From the human T2T-CHM13v2.0 reference genome, Homo sapiens: a stretch of DNA of 64,000 nucleotides. The DNA lies in assembly GCF_009914755.1 (NCBI RefSeq), contig NC_060947.1; one strand, written 5' to 3'. Below are positions 15,531-29,890 of this stretch, piece after piece. The translations under genes were made by a program, and so were the position numbers. Numbering within the stretch: position 1 is the stretch's first letter; each line of letters begins with the position of its first letter. The notes below the pieces were generated by a model that made no database searches, was not told where the DNA came from, and saw nothing but the letters and a program-made list of their open reading frames with translations.

Positions 15531-16794
15531 ACAACTCAGCTAAGTGCCAAGAATGATGGCTGCACAGTACCCTGAGGGCTAACCTAGCTAGGACCACACA
15601 ACAACCATGTGCAACACAAACCTAACCATATTGCTCCTCCAGGCCCCACTTGAATCGTTTCCCATTGATCTTAGAACTGAAAATTAAAATCCTTATTCTG
15701 ACCTGCAAAGTTTTATACACAGTCTGGTCTCTTCCTCCTATTTCCTCAACTTCATTTGCCCTCCTCTTCTCTTTCTCTATTATAACCCATTGGCCTTTTT
15801 TCCATTCCAGGTAAGCCGGAGGACCCTTCTTGTCCCTGAGTATTCCACTGTTTCCCTCGGCATAGAATACTCTTCCCTCTTTACCTGCTGATAATAATCC
15901 TTCAGATCTCAACAACCATAATTTTATCATTAACCCTTCTCTGGTGACAATCAAAATGAAGACAGACCAACAATTTGTTCTCCAAAATCTATGTCTGCTA
16001 CAGGGAATTTACAATGAGCAAAGCAAAGCATGAAGAAAATCTCAATTCAGTTTCTCAAAAAGCCGAAACACCAAGTCTCTTCAAAGTCTCCCCCAAAAGT
16101 CTCCTCAAGCATACCTATCAAAATTTACTAAAAGAAATCCTGTGAGAAGTCCTTGACTTTGCAGAAACTGCTTTAAGAAAAACCACCTTCTAATTAGTTT
16201 CAGTAAAAACAAGGCAGTGATTATGACAAAAACTTTGTATAGTCTACTACGACACTTTAGTTCATTAAACATAATTTAATGTGACTGGTTGTTGTGATGC
16301 CTTGTTAACTGATTTTAAACATACTTCAGACAATTTTCTCCTGAACAGTATTCAGATTCATCATTTCCAGCTGATTAAACAGTTGATTAAAATGATGGTT
16401 ACAGCTATTTCTATTTTTATAAAAAGTCAGGCTTTAGGCCAGAGATATAATCCCCAATGTAATATTGTTTCTGTGAAGAAAATCAGATTCAATTTACATT
16501 ATTTTGACTTACAGAAAATTTTCTGTGAACATATCCTGCCATAAAATACAAGGACAATTGTAAAAGGTTTTCAGAAGGGCCTATCATCTGGCACTAGTGT
16601 GTACCATGGAACAGAGGCTGGGCATAAGACAAACATTCAAATCAGCCAGTCATGAGCTGTTCTCTTTTTAAGTTTATCTCACTTAATAATCATAAACTGG
16701 GGCAGGGTATTTTTCACAGCATTGATTTCTCTGCAAGCAGAGCAGGGAGAAATATCACTAACCTATATAAAGTCTCATACAAAAAAAAAAGACT

Positions 16795-16952
16795 GAAGGG
16801 TGGGAAGGGGGTGAGGGATAAAAGACTACAAATTGGGTTCAGTGTATACTGCTCGGGTGATGGGTGCACCAAAATCTCACAAATCACACTAAAGAACTTA
16901 CTCATGTAACCAAATACCACTTGTTCCCCAAAAATCTATGGAAATAAAAAAA
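16795..16952 (+). mobile_element. L1PB-type 3' end fragment
   Basis: gggtgagggataaaagactacaaattggg...tgcaccaaaatctcacaaatcac...ggaaataaaaa; flanking aaagact direct repeat. Confidence 0.8.
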
Positions 16953-17947
16953 ATTTTTTTAAAGACTCTGCCAAAGCCGTCAAAGGACACTGGTGTGATA
17001 TAACATTATCTTTGCACTTTTTACAAACTGAAAATTACATTTTAAAGAATAACATCTCAATGATTAACAGATATTATTTATTTATACAGATATTTGACAT
17101 AACAATTAGTAATGAAGCCCACACAAAGTGCTCACTAATAAATGAGTAAATAACAGCATGTAATCAACGGCACTATTTGTTGGGTCATAGTCTCTACAAC
17201 ACTACTGGGCAATCAACTCTAAACCTAGATACTCTACTACAATTAGACAACAAGACTTGTTTCAGTAGTTTTCATCCACACACTTGAATTTTTATAAATA
17301 CAAAATACTAGTTAATGAACTGTGTCTAAACCTTTCTAAGACCAAAGAATTGTTTCTACAAAGGGTGAGGTGGAGTAGAGAAGGAGAACTGCAGGTTGAA
17401 ATGATTGGTGGTACAAGGGCTTGGAGAAGAAAGCTATTTGTTCAAATGAAACTCCAAATGAGAATATTAAAATTCAACATTCAAGAGCTGCAGAGAGGTA
17501 AGGAAAACTCTCCTTTCATTGATGTTCAAAAGACAAGAGAGAAAATTTTCTCCTATCAGCTTTTGCCATCCCCATGCTGAGACTACAGTGAATCTTGTGT
17601 AGAAGAACAACTAGAACACCTAAGTGGTATATTTCAATCACAAAAATTGCCACTTATGAAATTTTCTGGTACCTTGGGATGGAAAAGGCAATAAACAATA
17701 AAGTTTTTAAAACATTATACATACATACACATATATACACACTCCATCTTGCTCTGGAGCTCAGAAACAATGGAACCTAGTAAGGTGATTTTTTTAAGTG
17801 ATTTCCCTAAGGAAAGTTATTTCTTCCTCGTTCCCCTAGCTATTTTCCTGGGACTAGGACCTTATCAGGTTATAACTCAAAGACAGGCCCATTGCTATCC
17901 AAGGCTCCACTTATCTTGCCTTGCATTGCCCTGCCCAGAATGCATGA

Positions 17948-18228
<281 letters not shown>

Positions 18229-19579
18229 AGCAGGTTTTAAATTCCATACATGCCCTCCAAGGGTACCAATCTTCCTCCTGCCATGTGCCATAGAGTAACT
18301 CTCCCCCTTTTCTTCCACTCTTTCACCTTTTGCCATTGTGAAAAGTATCAGCTGGGTAGTAGGTACAGGCTGAGGCGAAGCCCAATCACTTCTCTCCTTT
18401 TGCTTGCATTCTACCTCTCACTGACCTCTGAGCTAGGGCTGTATCAATTCCTGCAATAGGCAAGTTTACAATCTCATAGAGTTGACAGGAAACACAAGTA
18501 GGACATAAGTGAAGGAAGTATACAAGTATATTTGCAGCGCACTGCTAAGTAAATACAGAAGAAAGGAATAAGAGTTGCTGAAATGTAGAGGCTGACTGGG
18601 GCTGCGTAGAGTTTGTCTTAAATTTCCAAGAGATTAATGTGTCTGAGCGTTGGGTAATTTTGGCCTCTTGTGATCTAGAATACGATCAAATTAGTTTGAA
18701 AATCTTTGTATAATTCACACGTGCCAGGCTCCAAAGCTAGAGTCTGCATACAATGACAAGAGAATTTTATTTTCAGTTGTATACTGTGCTTGGTTTCAGA
18801 GCTACTCTAACAAACCTTACTTTCCCTTGCCATTCTAACTTCATTTTCCACTAGTAGTCTCCAGCAAGAATGCTCTGCTGTCATCAAATTCAACTCCCAC
18901 CTCATTTTCTCGCCAAGTATCTCAGTTTATTCCCAACTGCTGTTCTCTTGGACTGGAATTGTCTGCATGACTCTCCTTGAAAGTAAACTGAAAGTTCAAC
19001 TAATGCCAAATTCAGCAGCTTAATTAAGAGTCCCTGTAACATATGGAAGGCTGCAGATACATAAAATTGGCGAACCCTTACAAACTGGCTTCCCCTCAAG
19101 GTGATCAGCCAGTGATTCTTGAAGCTGTGTCTTATTCTCTTAGGATACAACAGGACTTCTTCTGCAGTAAGGATAAGTAACACCTAAGTGTCTGTTACGT
19201 GCAGATGAAGAATTCTATAGATGGACAGATGGAAAGATGGATGGATGGAAGAATTACAAACAGATATGGCTCACTCATTTGATTAAACAGGCCTAGCCCC
19301 AAAATCAGAGTATCATTTAGAGTCATTTGAGATCACCAAGGGTCATCAAGTTATGTATGACCAGAGATGAAAATATAGTATAAACAAGGTTGGAGCCTCA
19401 ATGTTTAACTGTCTCATGAATATCTTCTGATGGGTATATTTTTGATGCTCAAAAATCAGAGGTACTCCAATATTTGCAATTTTAATGGCCTTTTTTCATA
19501 GAGCATGGCAATTACCAGGTTGTTTCAAAGAGCCTGTACAAGGGATGATGAAGAACAGAAGCATACTGGCTATGTGTAT

Positions 19580-19690
19580 CAGTTCTACAGCCAGATATCT
19601 GGGTTCAAATATTGGTTCTGCCACTTATTAGTTATGTAACCTGGGGCAAGCTCCTTAACCATGTGATGTCTCAGTTTTCCCACCAGTCTC
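19580..19690. mobile_element. MIR SINE
   Basis: ctgggttcaaat...ctgccacttattagttatgtaacctgggg...tcagtttt. Confidence 0.7.
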
Positions 19691-22600
19691 AAAGGGGGTG
19701 ATTATGTTGATGACAACTTATAAAGCAATTATGAAACAGTGCCTTCATATTGTAAATACTGAAAAAAAATTGTTAGTTGTGTTATATAGCACAATGGAAT
19801 AATAAATTCCTTTGCTGCCAATAACTAGTTGCTTCTGACAAAGAAAAAAAAAAAAAACTGATGTCCATGGAAAAAAATATAATTCTAATACAAATAGGTG
19901 AAATATATCTGCAGGGTTATTACACTTGAAACTCAGGGAGCACAAATGAAAGAAATTAACATTAACTTTGTTTAACTAAAAAACATATATACAGTCTTTG
20001 CGAAACAGAAACAGAGAGAAACCTTATAAAATCAAAATGACCATGAATAGTTTTGTAAATGAACTATGCCACGCTAACTAGATAACACTTCTTAATTAGC
20101 ATATGAACAAAAGACAGAATAGTACATTGTGACTTCATTCAAGACTTCAATAAAACAAAATGCTTGCAAAAAGGAAAGAAAAATCAGCTTCAAAAGGTTC
20201 AGCAAAGGTTATGATAAATGACTCAGTTTAGGGTTGAATGCAAGGAGTAGCAGAGAGTGGAGGGCTCTGGGTAAGCACTAGACTGGAAGCAAAAATAAAC
20301 AGCATGTGTAATCAAATTCACCCAACTGTGTCATACCACGTGGCCCTGCAATACCTGCAATGCAGGAAAGGCCTGGTGCCGAGTAAGAAAGCACATATGC
20401 AGGGCAAGCAGTGGGAAGAAACCTTCCATACTGCCCTGGTAGCACCCTAACTAAAGAGGAGAAGATGGTCAGAGCAGCTAACAGCTCTGAACAAGAAGGG
20501 GGCCACAGATTTAGAATTGCAAATGGTTGGCCTCAGACATTCACCTTCTCCTATCATTCTTTCCAAATCAAATCAATAATCTGTGTGTGTGTAGGGGCCT
20601 GTGTATTTGTGAGATCCCCTAATCCAAAGGCCTATCCCATTTTATTGAAACAAATATTTAAAGAACATGGAATGAGCTAGACACAGTGATAAGCATAATC
20701 CCCATGCTAAATTAGGAAGCTTATCTTACCAGAAAGCCAACTCTATCTCAGTTCCCCCTCTCTGAGTCTGTTTTCCCATTCATAAAGTGTGGGAGTTGAA
20801 TAAAAAGGTTCCTGTGGTTATCTAATATTGCACAGATTTACCAAAAATTTGTCAAGTTAGCACCCTGAAGATGGAATGTTCAAAACGATAAAATGAGCAT
20901 AAGCAGGTATTTACTTAAAAGAATGACAGATGATTAAGTGGTTAAGGGGTTGTGAGCAACATTAGGTCCTGGTGGACACACTTGTTTGCCTCTCAGTTTC
21001 TCTAGTGCACCTCACCTCCCCAGGGGCTGGACCCAACATTTCCTCCCATCACCGATAAGCCTCAGGCCCAAGGGACCCTGTCTCTTTCTTTAGGGGGTTC
21101 ATAGCCTCCAGTCAGCTCAAAACAGGCTTCCAGCTAGTGCCCTAGCACTAGCTTGCCTTACTAGAATGCCAGCTCCCTAAGCAGCAGTGGCTCTGTGTTT
21201 GATTTAGTGACCAGAGGGCAACGTGGAACAGAACTAAATTAGGAACCCCTACAGAGATTTGCTTTAAAAAACTAGAGAAACCACCACAAATGTTTCTGCT
21301 TTTTCATTAATGCATTTATTAACAATAAATGTTTAAAGCAATTTATTTTTATCAGGAGAAGTCAGGGATTTTTGAGAGAAAAGTAAAGGGGAATATATGT
21401 AGGGAGTGAAGCAGTGAGAGAAGTCTGAATATATAGTTCAATTATTCCAGTGAGTAGAGGAAATGGAGACCTTGATGTGCTTCATACTAAGTATAAACTA
21501 CATTAATTAGAGCTTTTAAACATTGAACAATTAAGTTTACATCAATCAAGTTTATACATAAAATACTCTTAAAGGCAACAACACTTTAATTTTTACTGTA
21601 TTCATCTTTATCAACTACTGTCTTTATTCATAATTCCCTCTATTTAAAGCCCAAAGCTTTCCCAAACTACTGTTCTTGGCAAAAGAACTCTCGCTAATTT
21701 TCTGCAATTCTCATTATCCATCATTCTTACAGCTAAAACCTTTAAATCTTTGGAATCACTTTTAAAACACGCTTATGCTTGCCAAATACTGTCCCATTCT
21801 TTTTAAATATGCTTGAATAGATTTGCTTTGGGAATAATTACGTTTAAGAAACTGCCAAAGCAACAGGGAAGTTGTACACCACTATAGAGATCGCTCAGAT
21901 TGTTGTGTGGGGATCTCTGTCACATAAACTTCATTATGGATCTTCGGGTTTCACTATGATCATCCAAAAATAAGTCTGACTTATACGTTCATATTTAAAA
22001 GAAAAGTTGCAATAAAGGGCCATGCAATGCTTGACCTTGAGAAACAGTGCCTCTTGTATGAATCCAGGTAACCTCTGGCTATTAATCGGTATGTTATATA
22101 ACAAACCGGAATAAGCTTTGCTAAGGAGCTTCAATTTTACTAATGTCCAGTTGTTTCCAACCTGGTGAACACTAGATTTCCTTCCTAAATTATTTTTACC
22201 CAAAAGAATTCTTAAACAGCTAAATTATAAGACTTTGTGGTATCAGTGGCTATAAATCTCAGTAAGGACCACCTCTGGACTTAATTTAGAGAAATGGAGT
22301 ATATCTGATAACTAGGAATAAAGAGCTAATCAAAACTGGCTTTGTAAATGTTAAAGTAAGGTTGGGTTAGCAATTGTCCATAGCATTAAGTATGCAATCC
22401 ATTGTGTAACTCCTAAGGTTTACTTTACTTTTGCTGCTATTTTTTCTTTTTTAAAATAAATTAATAGATTAATAAAAACACAACCACCCAGTTGCTATAG
22501 GGAAAGCAGGATTTGGGCTCTAATGGTGACCATAAAACACTATGAAGAAACGCTTTCGTTCACTCCTAGGAATACATTTAAAATTTAAAAGAAACATAAT

Positions 22601-23030
22601 CATAGATCATAAGTAAGGATTTTGGCTACATTTCTAAAATAGCGTGTTCATTGTTATAGTTTGTATTTTGACTGAAACAGACTGATACTAGTTAGAATAA
22701 ACATTAGGATTTGGAGTAGGAAGCCTATAATGTAGAACTTTAATCAGGTTCAGACCCAGGCAGTATCTGCAAAAGGAAACGGTTGGTGGAAGCGACTGAC
22801 CAGTGACTCCTGTGGCACTCTGCACTGCTTACATGGCATTTACTGAAAATGCCTGTACAAAAAAAAAAAAAAATTGTGGGACTCAAAAGGCCAATTACAT
22901 CTACCCATGACTCTCATCCAATTGCCTATCCTGATCTACTTACTGCTCTGGGCTTCCTTCTTCCACTCCACATACATGACCTAATTGTTTCCCTTCCCTC
23001 TCTCTCTCCCATTCATTAAACTAAGTCCTG

Positions 23031-23646
<616 letters not shown>

Positions 23647-23699
23647 CTACGTCCTATAGAACCTGCCATCCTTGTTAATCAAACTCTCTATATCTTAAC

Positions 23700-25630
23700 A
23701 TCAGAAACCCTACCTTACAACCACCCACATTCCTTGAAACTTGGCTGTCTTCTTAAAATTCTTCCCCCTGTGAACCTCTTAACTATGTAACTCAGAGGGC
23801 AATAAGCAAGCTTCCTCTTGCCTCCCCCTTGCTTATAGAGTCTATTACTCCATACTCATGGCATCATTCCTTTAGTTTGATATCATCTGGAGATACCAGC
23901 TTTTACCCATCCTCATCATGGTCATCTATCCATCTCCTTGGACGTGTGCCTTCATTCATTTGGGTCACTGGTGGCCTCTCCATCTCATCTCCTGCCATCA
24001 TCTGATGAAATCTGAACACACCATCTTATAGTTCTCAGACTTCTTATCTGTAGTGACCTTTACCATCCGTTGTCATCACTATCAAACACCGGTCTCTGGT
24101 CACTTATTGCCCATTGGCTGAAGAGTTTGAAATTTGGCTTTCAAACTTGTTCTCTATGCCAACACTTGCCATGGTACTTGAAAATTCTATCATCCACATG
24201 CAACACCCACCCCAATCCAGAAACCTAGATTGCTGAGTCCCAAAACTCCTTTGCTTTAAGGATCTTCACCTCCACTCTTTTTTACCTACCTCTTCTATAG
24301 TGAGAGAGTAGGATCTGTTATCACATATTACTTCATCCCTGACACATAATAGCCCTCTCTCATTTTTCAGCTCCATAACTTCTACTACATAGCTCTTTAA
24401 GACCTCTACTCTCTTTTTTGTTTTTTTTTTTTAAGAGACAGGGGTCTCACTATGTTGCCCAGGTTGGAGTGCAGTGGCTATTCACAGGCATAATCATGTG
24501 CAATGCAGCCTTGAACACCTGGGCTCAAGTGATCTTCCCATTTCAGCCTCCTGAGTAGCTGGGCCTACAGGCATGTAGCACTGCACTCAGCTAAAGACCA
24601 CTACTCTTTTGACTCTACCCTCAGTTTCTCAAAGCCCTTACCAGTCCTCATCTACACTTTCCCTCTGATCTCTGAACACCATATTGATTCATGGAACCTA
24701 TTCTCTCACTAGCCCTCTCAATTCCTTCCCAACCTGGCTTTTTGCCATAAATGACTTACCTACAAAGCTCTAAATCCAGGACCAATCTCGCAAACTGCTT
24801 TCTTCATTCCTGCATGTAGGAGGCTGAGAACAGTTTTGGTAAAACCACACTGATAAAAAATTAATGTCATTACAAATTCTTCAGTGCTACTCCACAAACC
24901 TCCACTTGTCTTCCTTCATCTGACTCTCCACTTACCCTAAATGCTCATTTCAAAGCTTCATGACTCTCAAGTCCCCTATCACAATCCTCTCTATATGGGT
25001 GACCTTGCTCCTACATCCCTTAGAAAATCAGGGTCATCTAGGAAGCATTCCCTCACACTGTGTGCACATCAGCTCTTTCCTTCCAGTTTGAGAAAGAATA
25101 AAGTATCTCTTCTCCCATTCAAGACTCACAAAGAGCCTCTACCTATGTTTTGATCTCTATCTCCCCATATTTTTTGACCAATAATTATCCTGTCTTTCCT
25201 ATACTGTCAACCACTTCATCTCTACTTTGTATCTACCCATGTTTCCTTAACTTAAATATATTTAAATACTTATTTTCCTTTAAAAAAAACTCCACGATTT
25301 CCTTGACTATGTACCCTATTTCTAGCCTCTTCTCCCCTTCCCTCTATAGGCCCAATGTAAAGTGGTATTCTTCAGGGCAGAAATGTGTTTGTTTTATTCA
25401 CTGACATGCCATTAACATCTAGAGCAAGGCCTGACACATGGTAGGAGCTCAATAAATAACCATTGAATAAATGACCATGTTCCTCAAAAGAATATACCAT
25501 CTCTACTTCCTCACCTCCTCTTCACTCTTTCAGCCCTCTCTCTGTAGGCTGGTCCATAGACCCACACTCCCATAACTCTAACTTGCCAAATGCAATGAAT
25601 AGTTCTCAGTCTTTATCTTACTTAAACCTC
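23700..25630. mobile_element. Degenerate L2 LINE (resumes at 34169-34480 after the MST insertion); contains a minus-strand Alu monomer at 24413-24591
   Basis: Pyrimidine-rich L2-like text. ttctcagtctttatcttacttaaacctc joins ...ctccttcttggaagac...ttccttcc across the MST element. Confidence 0.55.
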
Positions 25631-26560
25631 TGCTATGGTTTGAATGTCCCCTCCAAAACTCATGTTAAAATTTAAATGCCACTGTGATGGTATTAAGAGA
25701 TAGGACCGGAACCCTTAAGAGATAATTAGGCCATGAGGGCTCTGCCCCCATTAATGGATTAATGTCATAATTGCAGAAGTGGGTTGGTTATCATGAGAGT
25801 GGATTGTTATGAAAGCAAGTTCGGCCCTCTCTTGCTCACTTGCTCTTGCCCTCTTTTGCCCTTCTGCCTTCCACCATGGGATGATGCAGCAAGAAGGTTC
25901 TCAACAGAAGCCGAGCCCTCAACCTTTGACTTCCTACCCTCCAGAATTGTTAGAAATGAATTTCTTTTATTTATAAATTACTCCATGTGTGGTATTCTAT
26001 TATAGCAACACAAAATGAAGAAAGACAGAGAAGTGGTACCGAGAGTAGGATTGTTACTATAAAAAATAACTGAAAATGTGGAACTGGGTAATGGGTAGGG
26101 GCTGGAAGAACCTGGAAGAGCAGATTAGAAAAAGCCTAGATTGCCATAAATGGAGTATTAAGGATGATTCTGATGAGGGCTCGGAAGAAGAGACGTGCTA
26201 TGGGGAAAGTCTGAGGCCTCTTAGGGATTACTTAAGGGGTCATGATCAGAATGTTGGTATAAACATGGACATAAAGGCCATTCTGATGAGGTCTCAGATA
26301 AAAAAGATAAATATCTTATTGTAAACTGGAGTAAACACCATCCTTGTTATGAAGTGGCAAATAATGTGGCTGAATTGTGTGCATGACCTAGGGCAGGATT
26401 TAAGAGCAATGAACTAATGAACTAGGATATTTGGTAGAAGAAATTTCTAAGCAAAATATCAAAGGAGCTGTGTGGCTATTTTTAACCATATACAGTAGGA
26501 GTTGAGAAGAAAGAAATGAGTTAAAGATGAAATTTACAATTTAAAAAGAGGTACAACAGG

Positions 26561-26862
26561 GGCCGGGGGCAGTGGCTCACACTTGTAATCCCAGCATTTT
26601 GGGAGGCCGAGGCGGGTGGATCACGAGGTCAGGAATTCAAGACTAGCCTGGCCAAGATGGTGAAACCCCGTCTACTAAAAATACAAACAATTAGCCAGGC
26701 GTAGTGGCGGGCACCTATAATCCCAGCTACTCGGGAGGCTGAGGCAGAGAATTGTTGAACCCGGGAGGCGGAGGCTGCAGTGAGCCAAGATTGCACCACT
26801 GCACTCTAGACTGGGTGACAGAACAAGGCTCTGTCTCAAAAAAATAGATAAATAAAATAAAA
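26561..26862 (+). mobile_element. AluS SINE inserted in MST internal region
   Basis: Full Alu; flanking (g)tacaacag / gcacaacag repeat. Confidence 0.9.
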
Positions 26863-27959
26863 AGCACAACAGAAAGATTTTTTAATTTTTCAGCTTGGCC
26901 AGGTACAGAATGAAAAAGCATTCCTGGGGAGCAAACCAACGGTGTGGCCAAGCAACCCTTTGCTACAGAGATTCATACTAACAAAAGGAATCACCAAGAC
27001 AATGGAGGAAGACCCCAAAGGCATTTCAGAGATCTTTGAGGCTGCCCTCCCATTACAGGCCCAGAGCTGCAGGAGGGAAGAATGGTTCTGGAGGACAGAC
27101 CTGGGGCATACTCCACAGGCTATCTGCCCAGAGTCTCTCCTCCCTGCATTCCAGCCCAGCACTCCATGGCCACCCCAGCCATGGCTCAAGGGAGCCCAGG
27201 TGAGGATCGAGCTGCTGCTCCACAAAGTCCATGCCATAAACCTTGGTGGTGTCTACATGGTGCCAATTCTGCAGGTGTGCAGAATATGAGAGTTGTGGGG
27301 GCATAGCTAACTCTATCTAGATTTCAAAGGATGTCACAGACAGCCTGGGTGCCCAGGCAGAGACTTGTCAGAGGGGTGGAGCCACCACAGAAAGCTCCTA
27401 CCAGGGAAATGCCAAGTAGAAATGTGAGGTTGGAGCCAGCACAGAGAGTCCTCAATAGGGAAATGCATAGTGGAAATATGGGACTGGGACCATTACCATG
27501 ATTCCAGAACTGTAGAGCTCCTAGTTTACAGCATCAGCCTGGGAGAGCTGCAAGTAGGAGACTCCAACCTGTGAGTTACTGAGTGCACTGAACCCAACAA
27601 AGCCATAGGAGCAAGGCTGCCTGAGGCCTTGGGGGCCAAATCTCTATCCCAGTGTACCCAGGATGCAGGATATGTAGTCAGAGGAGATTATTATTTAGCT
27701 TTAAAACTTAATGTTGTTTTCCCTGAAGGGTTTTGGACTTACTGGGGATGAGTTATCCCTTCCTTCTTGGTTATTCCTCCCTTTTGGAATGGGAATGTCT
27801 AACCTATGCTATTTTGATAGCACATAACTTGTTCATTTCACAGGCTCACAGCTGGAGAGAAATTCACATTAGGATGAATCATGCCTTGAGTCTCTCATCT
27901 ATATCTGATTTAGATGAGACTCTGGGATTTGGAGTTGATTCTGGAATGAGTTAAGACTT

Positions 27960-28090
27960 CTGCGGTGTCATGTGCCTATAGTCCCAGCTATGTGGGAGAC
28001 TGAGGTGGGAGAATCGCTTGCGCCCAGGACATTGACACTGCAGTGAGATGTTATCATGCAAAAAAAAAGAAAAAGAAAAAAGAAAAAAAA
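27960..28090 (+). mobile_element. Old Alu/7SL-derived monomer fragment, truncated at both ends, with A-rich tail
   Basis: gcctatagtcccagcta...gaggtgggagaatcgcttg...tgcagtgag...atcatgc followed directly by an A-rich tract. Confidence 0.75.
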
Positions 28091-28241
28091 CCCAACAACT
28101 TTTGGGTGCACTCACCATTGTTCCATCTGTAAGGGTGCACCCTTCTATACAGAAGTACCTTGCACCGCTGAGAATTAAAAAGAAAATTGTATATTCGAAT
28201 GCTATTCCTTTAGCAGCACTGAAACTTTATATGTGACAATT

Positions 28242-28259
28242 TGGGGGCCCATCTGGGAT
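28242..28259 (+). other. Retroviral primer-binding site, tRNA-Pro
   Basis: TGGGGGCCCATCTGGGAT versus canonical TGGGGGCTCGTCCGGGAT (15/18; two differences are CpG decay), 3 nt after the U5 end. Confidence 0.85.
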
Positions 28260-28805
28260 TACATTCCCCTCCTGGGGTGGTCTCTGGTTCTGCAGTGCAC
28301 CCTGCCCTATTGTGGTGGCCTCAGGGGTGAGAAATCAAGACCCACCCAGTGCGAGGAATAACCCAAGCTCTCAGCAATGCGGGGGGGGGGGGGGGGGGGG
28401 GAACTGGCCAGCGACCTAGCTTAAAGGATCCTCACATACTGTGGCAATGACTCTGTGCGCAGACCAAGGAAGGATAAGCCGCGGGAGCCGTAAAGTACTT
28501 CCTTGGTGGTCAAATTCTGGAGGGCTAAATATGTGTATGCGTGAATGATCACCAACAACCCTGCTTACGGTGTTGTGTGGATGGTGACAAGTCCTACTGC
28601 AGGATGGAGTGAGTGGGTCCTCTCCATGGTTCCATAGCTACCTCATATGGCTTAGGGCAGATCCTGCCATGGGATTTATACCAGCACACCAACACTAACA
28701 GGGGCCTAATTCTCCCTTAGGGGAGCAGCCAGAGAGGACAGCACGAGTGGGAAGTGTGCAAAGGACCTTCAGAGGGGAAAAGGGGGGAAACAGGTCAACC
28801 TCCCA

Positions 28806-29038
28806 GGACAAGCAAGGCAAAATACTCCCTGGTTTGAGGGGTTGAGCCTTCTAGGACAGGCAAGACACCCCCTGGTTTGAGGGGTTGAGCCTTGTGGGAC
28901 AGGCAAGGCAAGACATCCCTGGTGTGAGGGGTTGAGCCTTCTGAGACAGGCAAAGCGAGACTTCCCTGGTGTTGAGGGGTTGAGCCTCCTGGGACAGGCA
29001 AGGCGAGACATCCCTGGTTTCAGGGGTTGAGACTTCTG
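28806..29038 (+). repeat. Tandem repeat, 5 copies of ~47 bp, in the ERV leader
   Basis: Unit ggacaggcaaggcaagacatccctggtttgaggggttgagcctt(ctg). Confidence 0.9.
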
Positions 29039-29189
29039 CTAATTTCAAGGCTTGAACCTCACACAAACCCCCCCTTTCTTCTTAGAGGAAGAAAAAGTAG
29101 CTCCACTCCCGCCAGTCCCTCCCCTAGGGGAAGAGGAAGGAGAGGGGAGAACAGCAGCATAAGCGGCTGGCAGAGGCAAGGAAAGACCA

Positions 29190-29415
29190 GCAGAGAGAGA
29201 GAGACAGAGACAGAGACAGAAAGAGAGACAGAGAGGAGAGAAAAAGAGAGAGGGGAAAGACAGAGAGAGGGGAAAGACAGAGAGGGGAAGAAAGAGAGGG
29301 GGAAGAGAGAGAAGAGGCAAAGAGAGAGAGAGGAAGAGACAGAGGAAGAGACAGAGAGACAAAGAGGGAGTCAAAGATTGAGAGAAACAAAGTCAAAGAG
29401 AAAGAGAGAGAGATA
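29190..29415 (+). repeat. GA-rich low-complexity tract inside the ERV
   Basis: (gaga/gacaga/gaggg)n. Confidence 0.9.
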
Positions 29416-29578
29416 TACAAGTAGTTAAGAAAAAAACAGTGTACCCTATTCCTTTAAAAGCCAAGGTAAATTAGGAACCTGTACTTGATAATTAAAGGTC
29501 TTCTCCGTGACCCTATAACACTCCAATACCACTTTGTTGTCAGTGTAAACAAGGACGTAGCCCGAAAGCACTGAGGCC

Positions 29579-29890
29579 ATGGACAACCCCGTAGCCTTCT
29601 TATCAAAAATCCTTAACCCAGTAACCCGCAGATGGCCTAAATACATTCTATCTGTAGCAGCAATGGCTTTGCTAACAGAAGAAAGTAAAAAAATAACTTT
29701 TAGAGGAAACCTGATTGTGAGCACACCTCACCAGTTCAGAACTATCCTAAGTCAAAAAAAAAAAAAAAAAAAAAAAAAAAAGGTAGCTTACTAACTCAAA
29801 AATCTTAAAGTATGGGGCTATTCTGTTAGAAAAAGATGATTTAACATTAACGACGGATAATTCCCTTAACGCAGCAGGTTTCCTAACAGG
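29579..29890 (+). pseudogene. ERV pol remnant (RT connection region), broken by an A-run
   Basis: PVAFLSKILNPVTRRWP...SVAAMALLTEESKKITF...STPHQ...ILKYGAILLEKDDLTL: gamma-like pol motifs. Confidence 0.8.

Noticed and set aside
24752-24765. tttgtag|gtaagt on the minus strand as a recursive splice site
   Set aside because: Weak polypyrimidine tract, inside degenerate L2; expected by chance in 60 kb.
26942-27306. Overlapping 74-115-aa ORFs in the MST internal region
   Set aside because: Remnants of the MaLR internal sequence, fragmented, with no intact reading frame.
28806-29038. Regularly spaced repeats resembling a CRISPR array
   Set aside because: Head-to-tail tandem units with no unique spacers, in a retroviral leader in mammalian DNA; no cas genes.
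29027-29428. Arg/Glu-rich and Ser/Leu-rich ORFs
   Set aside because: Artefacts of the GA-rich low-complexity tract in the ERV.
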